A stretch of 63,462 nt of DNA, the filler included, from Aduncisulcus paluster (taxonomy: Eukaryota), in NCBI GenBank assembly GCA_024181965.1. It is 5 parts of 5 records of this genome, joined end to end, with 100 filler letters (N's around TTAATTAATTAA, not from the genome) between each part and the next. Parts side by side here need not be neighbours in the genome. Positions count along the whole stretch, not along the records: positions 54,483 to 59,251 come from BQXS01012738.1; positions 59,352 to 63,462 come from BQXS01012739.1; 3 more parts are not named here. One strand, given 5' to 3'. How positions within the stretch are numbered: position 1 is the first letter of the stretch; every line of letters starts with the position of its first letter. The position numbers and the translations under genes were made by a program. This document shows, piece by piece, positions 54,483-63,462 of the stretch. The notes under the pieces were generated by a model that was not told the DNA's origin, did no database searches, and saw only the letters and a program-made list of their open reading frames with translations.

Positions 54483-57400
54483 ATATCGAGGTATTGGAGA
54501 ACAGTTAATGCATGGAGATCAGGAATGGATTCAAGAGATAAATTACTATTCAAATCAAGATACTCAAGGTTGGTCAGAGTGGAGAGCAAGGATACATAGG
54601 AACTTCCATCAGACAAAAGAGAGTTTCCACTCAAGTCAAAGTTAGTAACTTTCTCAAGATGTTCGATTCCAGACAGATCCGATACATCCTGTGCAGAACA
54701 CGACAGGATCGGGGATGGATCGCCAGCAGGTTCAGAGGAGACAGTCTCAAGGGTCTTCAACGAGGCAACACTGAAGAGCACAGACGTGGAATCGGAAGAG
54801 GAATCATATACAGTGAGAACATGGGGGGAGGATGAGGGAAACATGTCGGCAACACACGAATGGAGAGCAGGGTCGACCACAACATCAACACATTGCCCAC
54901 TCACAAGATCACTGCCAACAGTAGACAGCACAACCTGTCGACACTCTTGGCCATAAGCACACCCTCCAATACAGTTCGTGGCAGTGTCAACATCGTTCGT
55001 CTGTGTGCACGAGAACGTCGAAGCGTCAGAGTATTCGGCGAACGAATCGCTTGCACACACAGGATACCATGTGTCAGAGCCAGGAAATGTTTCAAGACAA
55101 ACTTTGTTATCTGCAATATCTGCAATGATAGTTTCATCACCATCATAGCATATGGAAGGACACTCGTAATTTTGTGTATAGTTGTGTTCAGAAGCTCGAA
55201 TAAAGATTTCATCGAGAGTATCACTAACATTCGCACCACAGATCCGATTATTATTCATGAAGATGTTGACAACCGAGGAAGATAGCGTGTAGAGCGGAGA
55301 TGGATCAGCAATGAAATTGTATGAAACATCCAGAATCTCCAAACTCATATGGTTTCTGAGCGAATACACACTATACCAGCCATTATTTGAAGCTATAAGA
55401 CTATAGAGTTCAAGATTACTCGATAACCACTCGGGGTTTGCCATTCCCGTGTTTTGGATTTCGAGACTTTGAAGTGAGGTCAGTGGATCGAAAAGAGTGG
55501 ATCTATCAACAACGTCGCTCAGGTCACAGTCTGCCATATAAAGAAAGTTCAATGTGTCTGCCTGAGAATGAATGGGTTCAAGAGACGAAATTCCAGTGGA
55601 AGGAATACGAAGAGTCCTTAGGGTGGAAACCTCATGTTCACTAAAATCAGGAAGTGTGTCAATGAAAGACCATCCATCGAGATACAAGAATTCAAGATTG
55701 TTGAGGCTCGAAAACTCAGATATGTCAACAGTGTCATCAATGGAGCTGCTCTGAGCGTTACGCAAGTTAAGCAACGAAAGATTGACGAGAGATGACAAAT
55801 CAGAAGGGTTGGAGAGGGAACAACTTGACAGGTTCAGTTCGGTCAAATTCGTCATGGAGCTAAGAAGAGATACATCAGATAGGGTTGAAGAATATGACAA
55901 ATCAATGGAGAAGATATTCACCAAATGTTCGATTCCACTTAGATCAGTGAGATCAGAGTGGTGAGTGTAGATGAGCTCTTTGTCAGAGGATACATTCAAT
56001 AATGAAGCAACACTGAAGGAAGCGGGAGCACTCGTGGAATCCATGAACAAAGCATCGACAAGATTATCTCCAACATATTCTCTCAACCCGTCATCACGAA
56101 TAACAGGGTAACACGCCGAACTAGTTGAGGTGGAATCATATCGACACTCTTCTCCATATACACATCCTCCAGCGCATCCAATGAAAACAGCACCTTTTCC
56201 TTCAGCCGTATCGGTGCATGTGAAGGGTGTGGGAGAGGGATAATATGTCGTGAAACTGTGACTAGAACACACGACTGTCCATGAACCAGCACCAGGATAT
56301 GGCTCGACACAAACCTTATTCTTGGCGAAAGCATTGATAGAGGAAAACGCATCAGCACATTCACATTCTGTTTGAGATTCGAAGACAAACTCAAAGGATG
56401 GATCAACACTTGAATAATTGGTGAATTTAGAGGCCAACACATCAGAGTCATCCAAACCTGAACAGATTTTGTTTCCAGATATTTGGATATTCATGAGACT
56501 AGGGAACTGGTAGAGTGGAGAAATGTCGGAAATGGAACAGTTATCCGCAACAAGGGAGGACAACGAGAACATTTGGGCAGAGAATAGAATGTACACTGAC
56601 CTAATGGCTTGATTGTCGGCAATACCAAGATACACGAGGGATTCAGAACTGGATGAAAGATCGGGGATTGATGTTATACCACATCCACTCAGATCAAGTT
56701 CCTCAAGATTTGTCATAGTCACAACAGTATCACTCACACCATCATACTCAGAGGAAACAGCAGTGGGGTATGATAGGTTGAGAATTCGTATATTGGTCTT
56801 CTGTTTAGAGGAGAGAGTACTGATGTCAGTCACATAAGTACTCTGAAGATTGAGATGCTCAATAGAGGATAAGGCATTGTTCGAGATGTGGGTATCAAAA
56901 TCAGTTTGGGTGAAGTTAGTGCTTCGAAGTTCGAGACGGACAAGATTCGATGGGAACAATGTGCCAGCAATATAATCAGAAGAAACGGTGAGATCACTGT
57001 TGAAATTAAGATATAACTCTCGAAGATTTGAAAGCAACGCAAATGTTGGAAAAGAAGATATCGAATTGGTTTGTAAGCTCAAAAACTCCAAATTAGTAAG
57101 AGTTTCCAAGAGAGTAACATTTGATGAAAGAGAGGATATTATATTATCATCCAAAACCATTTCAGTAACTTTCTCAAGATGTTCGATTCCAGACAGATCC
57201 GATACATCCTGTGCAGAACACGACAGGATCGGGGATGGATCGCCAGCAGATTCAGAGAAGATAGTCTCAAGGGTCTTCAACGAGGCAACACTGAAGAGCA
57301 CAGACGTGGAATCGGAAGAGGAATCATATACAGTGAGAACATGGGGAGAGGACGAGGGAAACATGTCGGCAACACACGAATGGAGAGCAGGGTCGACCAC

Positions 57401-59251
57401 AACATCAACACATTCCCCACTCACAAGATCACTGCCAACAGTAGACAGCACAACCTGTCGACACTCTTGGCCATAAGCACACCCTCCAATACAGTTCGTG
57501 GCAGTGTCAACATCGTTCGTCTGTGTGCACGAGAACGTCGAAGAGTCAGAGTATTCGGCGAACGAATCGCTTGCACACACAGGATACCATGTGTCAGAGC
57601 CAGGAAATGTTTCAAGACAAACCATATTCAAAGAAATGGCATCAACTAAATTGAGGTAAGAACAAGCAGATGGTGTCTCATATGACGTTTCAATGTTGAC
57701 TTCTGCAAGAGTAACACTCTCTTCAAGACTCACGAATTTTGCAACGATATCCGCCGTCGAAGTGGTACCTTGAACAACTCGAGTATCAATCACAGAGAGA
57801 GATTGAAGCATCGAGAAACTGTACAACGGGGAAAGATCGGATACATTGTTCCCCGAGATATTTAACTCCTCCAGCTGAGTGCTCATCTCAAGGAGAAAAC
57901 GCAGTGAGGTGATATTATTGTTGCTAATGTCAAGAGTTACAAGAGATTCCATTGAAGAGAGCCAGGATCCAATGTCATCTTCAGTGAGAGAATGGCCAGA
58001 TTCTTGATCATCTAACTGTGTCACATCGGACAACCCCAATGATGTTAAATTTATGAAAGATGTCAGTTGAGAGACATCTGTCAGGGAACAGTCGCTGATA
58101 GCAAAAGAAGTGATGGTAGAGAATAAATCGCCAAAGGATGTTGATAAGATATCCGATACACCAGTTCCACTCAAATCCAATGAATCGAAGGATTTGTTGG
58201 AGACAAGAAAAGTGGAAATAAATAATACATCGGTTTCGTCAACCAAAGGATTATAGCTCAAGTCCAATCCTGAAATGTTGATAGCAAACTCAAGACCTTT
58301 CAATCCAGCAGAAAGATCATTATTGCTCAGATCAAGAATACCGTTTAAGGCTTGCATTTCAAATGGAGCAACACCATCGCACACAGCATCGGGATCATCT
58401 CGAACGATTCGACATAATGCCGCTTCCAGATTCTCATCGTCAAACTTCACGTATTCACATGCAGACCCAGTGTAATCCGTCTCACATTGGCATATGTGAT
58501 CATCTTCCAGACAAACACCATGGGAAGCAGTGACGGAATGGTTAACACCACACATTCCTGTGGATTCAACCTCACCGAATTGATCCTCATCGAAAGGATC
58601 GAAGGGACAAGGTTGATCACAGTCAACACCATACCACCATGTCCGACACTCACCACACTCTTGGAGGGGATCATAAATGGAAGAACTATCATCAATCACA
58701 CATTGTCGATTCAATTTGTCACAGGTGAAACATACACCAAGATAATCACGTATGCATGTTCCAGATACAGAACTTAGATAATGATCGATCCGACACTCTT
58801 CCGTGAATGTGGATCCGAAAGAATTATGACACACAGCATGGTCGCCACTTGCCATCGATGAGGTTCCAGAACATGATGCATCACACGATTGGTCAGATAT
58901 GGAAATGGTCAAATTGCTCGCACTCCCTGTAGTATATTCAACAAATTCAGCCTTTAAAGCGGCCACATAATCCGATTCAGATGGATCAGCCAGAGAAGGG
59001 TAATACAACGGGAAACATATGGAATTATAACTCAGATCAAGAGATGTCAGAGAGGGAAGGGTTAGAAGAGGACTGACATCTGAGATCTTGTTATGGCTAA
59101 GATTGATATAACTGGCCTTAGAAACATACTCTAATCCACGAACACTCTCAATTCCAAGGTTACTCAGATCAAGAGGCTCTGTTGAAGTTCCTGTCAAACG
59201 TCTAAGATGTGAAACGTTGATGGTATCGCCAAGAGTGAAGGTAAAATTCTC
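54483..59251 (-). CDS. Very large LRR/Cys-rich modular surface protein, partial at both ends
   Basis: Frame open across the whole contig; alternating internalin-like LRR blocks and Cys-rich modules (CIGGCAYGQECR), plus EGF-like units. Confidence 0.9.
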
Positions 59252-59351
59252 NNNNNNNNNNNNNNNNNNNNNNNNNNNNNNNNNNNNNNNNNNNNTTAAT
59301 TAATTAANNNNNNNNNNNNNNNNNNNNNNNNNNNNNNNNNNNNNNNNNNNN
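59252..59351. other. Artificial contig linker
   Basis: N44-TTAATTAATTAA-N44. Confidence 0.97.
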
Positions 59352-59894
59352 GAAGAAGACGCCATGGAAAGAGTTGAGAAACGACTATACTCAGAACTTA
59401 GGAAAGAATCGACAAGTGACACAACATTCCAATTCTAGGTCAATAGCAAGTTATCTTCTACAGTTACGCTATCTCCAAAAAATATAACTTAAGACCTAAA
59501 ATACTGGAGAAGACATGCAGATGAAGTAATAATTACAATTATCTTCAAACATACAATACCATTTCACATCAACAGTTTCATTCAAGACCACATCATCAAA
59601 ACTCAAATCACAAAGAACACACCCCAACCAAAGATATTGAAAGTAGAAACGGCATTCAAGACCATGTCATCACGTCCTCATTGTACTATACCCACGTTAT
59701 CACCACTTCCATCAAATCCACTTCACATTCCCAAAAATTACAATATTTCATAATATATGCATAAAATATACTTATTATAGATAATTTTTAAATAAAGACA
59801 AAAAATAAATGCACCTAACACCATTATATACGAAATTTATCACACCCCTTTTCACCATTTTCCAAATTTTATAAATACTCGATTATGAGCCCCA

Positions 59895-61130
59895 ATGGTA
59901 AAAAAACATAAGTCCCACCCCTCCCAAAGAAAAAAAGTAGGCAAATTAAAGAAAGCCAGGGCCTTCATTGTACGCCACAGCGTAAATCTGATCAACGAAG
60001 AACTGATTTACGCCCCCAGGCTGGGAAGAAAGCCCAAATACATCATCCCGATATATCAATGGGTAGCAGAATGTAAAAAGGCGTCGATTATAATGACACA
60101 GAATCAGCTCGAAAAGCGCCTCCCAAGATGGTTCCCAGATGGCAGGGCATCAATCGTACAAGAATTCGAACAATTAGGATTCAAGGAATGCATATTCTGC
60201 GGGGCTATAAAACCCCCACCCTTCTCCTTATGTCCAACCCCCGCATACGAAGGTCGCCACGGATTCTGCAAAGACTGCCAATCAACTGGCACACGTTCAG
60301 CTAACAGTATTGAAAAAGGGATATCCCATCTCGTGGATCCCGGCCTCGAAATTATGGATTATTGGAGCTAAATTATTCATCTTATTCGTCTAGAGATATT
60401 GAAATATAACGATACCACCGAAAATCAGCTAAGGGTGCCTCCTATGCTTCCAACTATGAAGCTGGCACCCAGATTTTACCCGTTACCGCTGTATTTAGTT
60501 CGAAAAAGTTTACTGACTCCGTACGGAGAACGAAAAATTGGGAAAAGGTTGAAAAAGCTGGATAAGGGGTGTGGAATTATATCTATCCACACAGATGGAA
60601 TTACAGCAAGAGTTATTTTGGGTCCTCGGGCCCCTTCAAATCCATATCCAACCGTTTTTACTCCCCCTTCCACTCCTCATCCAACCCCGGTTTTGTGTGT
60701 AGGTATGGATGAGGATCAAGCTGCCGAAATGGATGTAATCATGAACGAATTAGGAGAAGAAATTGTGCGATACATTTCAGTTCAAACGAGAAACCACGTC
60801 GATTTTGAGTGATTTAAGCGGAATTTATGTCCGAGATCTGTGTGAAACGGGCTTGAAAAGCATCATGACTTGGGGATTGTGCTCTGCTGCTGACAAAGAC
60901 GGAATGGCAGCCTGGGAGATAATGATATCCCAAATCTCAGAGGCAACAAGATATCCATTCATCGTCACTGTGGTTTCTCTGTAGGTTAAGGTTCATCTGA
61001 AGGTCTTTGCCATAGCGGCTGACACCCATCAGAGGGAAAAGCTGGCGGATCTAAAGAATAGCTTCTCGAACAACTGTGTGTTCTGTACAGGGAAACAATC
61101 GGGCCAAATGGTGAGCGTGAAGGAATGATT
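59895..61130 (+). mobile_element. Decayed CACTA/Plavaka-like transposase remnant 1
   Basis: CxxC zinc-finger ORF, then ISIHTDG, then KVFAIAADTHQREKLADLKNSFSNNCVFC (D…CxxC core motif); broken by stops. Confidence 0.5.
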
Positions 61131-61274
61131 GGAGGGAAAGGAGTGTGAGATGAAACGGTTGCGACCTCTTTGGGATAGATCTTCTACATATGGAGATCTC
61201 ATTAATTCTCATAAAATGCAATCGGATAACACTAATAACGAACGATACGTCGTTAATTTATATCTGCGCCCGTA

Positions 61275-61874
61275 ATGGGGCTAGTGTTATCCGTCCTCAC
61301 ACAATTGTATGACTATGGTAAGAGTTTTTTTTTTCTAACGCTTGTAGGACAATACACCTTTGTCAAGCCCAAATTTCAGTTTTTTTTAGATTCACCTTCT
61401 GATGAAGATTTTTACAATGCTTTTGATGATGATTTTTTTTTTGTCACCAGTGCAGTCTATAACAGGAGAGGAAATCTCGACCGAGATATCCTTGGTACGA
61501 TAAGGGTGGCCGCTGAAGATCTCTGGGTTGCTAAACCCCTTCATCCTGAGCGAAGAACACAACTCAGAGATCTTTGGCGCGAGGTCTCCCCTGGACAACG
61601 CCTCCTCTATTATGGGATACAAGGGTTCATTGATGGTGTGTCGGCATCTCGCAAATTGTCCACCGTAGCAATGAAGACCACCATCATGAACTTGCCCAGA
61701 GAGGAGAGGGTTAGTCTGAGGGGGATCTCGGAAGTTTCGAACTTCCCCCCTGAAATGTTGACTCAAGTAACCGAGAGATTCGTTAATGATATGCTATGGC
61801 TCCAAGAAGGGGCTTCGGGAAGAATTTCAGGTGAGAGTTGCTTCGTGGTGATAGATTCGTCTCGATCACCTTAG
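61275..61874 (+). mobile_element. CACTA/Plavaka-like transposase remnant 2
   Basis: GFIDG…TIMNLPREER…FVNDMLWLQEG…FVVIDS resembles the DG…NLP..R…L..L..G…D core of Transposase_21/Plavaka. Confidence 0.55.
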
Positions 61875-62233
61875 CTCGAGATCCGTCAGTTTCAACGATT
61901 GCTTTCCTGGGATTCAGTGGGTTCAAATATTGGGAAAATACAAAAGACACCCGCAACAAATCTTCCTTTTTATCTACATTGAAACGTTTCAATGTCTTCT
62001 TAGGCCCAAGAAAGTCATGGATTGTCCTGGTAATTGATAATGCTCGGATCCATCATAACATCGCAATTGCTGAATTTTGTTTTAAAAATAACATTATTTT
62101 AGCCTTCTTACCACCTTATTGTCCATTTTTAGATCCTACTAAAATTAATTTCCTTCATCGGTACAGTGAACCAATCACATACAGACCTAATGTGGTGATG
62201 ATGATAGGAAAATTAAGAACTTCCACTTCTTAG
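61875..62233 (+). mobile_element. IS630/Tc1-mariner DDE transposase fragment
   Basis: IVLVIDNARIHH…LAFLPPYCPFLDP (DDE_3 motif DNA..H…LPPYSP.LNPIE); terminal Glu absent. Confidence 0.75.
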
Positions 62234-62890
62234 ATAAAACGTTTTCGGTTAGGTATCAGGTCGATATGCGACATGGGGACGCATTTCTCCAACCTCCTTT
62301 AGAACATTTTTGTGATTATTCCAATACGTTGGGAGATGAATTTGGCCCACAAACAGACTTTGATGAACCAAGTTCACTAGGTTCTATTTTTAGATCTGAG
62401 AAAATTTTGGCCACCGCTTCAATCAGTGCTCCCTCTCCCCAAATATATCAAACAAATCCATTTTTTTCAGATATAACTCACTCTGAAGAGTCCGAAATTC
62501 CTTCCCCCCTATTCAAAGTTGAAAATAGCCGATATAAAATCATTGATGGACATATAACATTCTTTTTGGAAAGTAGAAGAAAAATAAACCATGGAGATGG
62601 TATGTGTAGATTCACAATGAATATTCTTGGAGATAATTGAGTCTTTGGGAAAAAGCGATCAGGTTATGGATGTCATCTCAGAAAAAGATTCTAACTGAAT
62701 TGTACATCAAGTCATCCTCTACTCTTGCTAATTTGTCTTTCTTCTTCTCTTCTAACCTCAAACCCCTCTCTCAAATGACGGCTGGATCATGGATGGATGA
62801 AATATATGGAAGACATATAACGATAACAGACTTCAAGAAAGGGATATCTGAAGTTGCATTCAGTAATGATTACAGGACAGAACATCAAAG

Positions 62891-63462
62891 TTGGGATATG
62901 GCTTTACATTCGAACAAAAAGAACCAACAGGTTCCCAGGAACAAAAAAGGTTCCATTCAAATGCGGTAAATCTCGGAATTCAGTGTTTACAGTTTAGAGA
63001 AACAGTGAGCACCAAAACAAGATCCACTCTTCACCAAGGAAAATTTTGTTGGCACGATGGGAGATTATTTCACATTGAATCAAAAGATAATTGCCAGGAA
63101 TATTTATATTATATATTGATGTCTGGGAAGTCCACAATGGTCAACCTTCCAAGGGCTGAGAAGGCAAGTTTTCGAGGCATCACTGAAGTAAGCAACTTCC
63201 ACCCAGACATGCTCTCAGTGATGACATCGAAACTTGTGAATGATATGATTTTCCTCCAGAGTGGGATCGACACAATAGAAGTGAGGAGGAGAAGAATGCT
63301 TGATCATCGGTATGTTGGAGTCGATGGTTGTCGACAGTCCACAACGAGCCAAAGACAGCGGAATGCCCATTGGGGGGTGCATTACACCATGTTTTCATTG
63401 CATGGCAAGAGGAAAGAAAGTTCTGCTTGGTGATTGCAGGACGTCAAGACCCGATCTCAGAG
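62891..63462 (+). mobile_element. CACTA/Plavaka-like transposase remnant 3
   Basis: TMVNLPRAEKASFRGITEVSNF…LVNDMIFLQSG is paralogous to remnant 2. A shifted frame gives MVVDSPQRAKDSG…PCFHC. Confidence 0.55.

Overview
AT-rich, gene-dense eukaryotic (protist) DNA with few, short, 5'-biased GT-AG introns. Gene content and the Cys/LRR surface-protein families suggest a free-living fornicate metamonad (Aduncisulcus/Carpediemonas-like); this is inference. The window is not one continuous locus. Four artificial 100-nt linkers (N44-TTAATTAATTAA-N44) join five pieces, and six of the seven 20-N gaps are flanked by unmerged overlaps that falsely duplicate or split genes. Recognisable genes: Ser/Thr kinase with a possible degenerate PARP-like tail, pantothenate kinase, ARID-LRR protein, Arp5-like protein, bacterial-type MTA/SAH nucleosidase, DEAH helicase-RBR ligase fusion, oligoribonuclease (two partial copies), UTP6, RLP24, secreted GH65, repeat-ankyrin-HEXXH protein, initiator tRNA-Met, LRR/Cys-rich surface proteins, ORC5, catalytically dead legumain, RING-TM ligase, a fragmented glutamate-cysteine ligase relic, and decayed CACTA/Plavaka-like and IS630/Tc1 transposases. 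The most intriguing signal is reading frames that continue in the +1 frame at or next to a stop codon. In the nucleosidase this occurs internally (AAC-UGA) and at an overlapping uORF (GAC-UGA); in pantothenate kinase it occurs at UAU-UAA. These are candidate programmed +1 frameshifts or a 22-nt intron, but assembly indels are not excluded.
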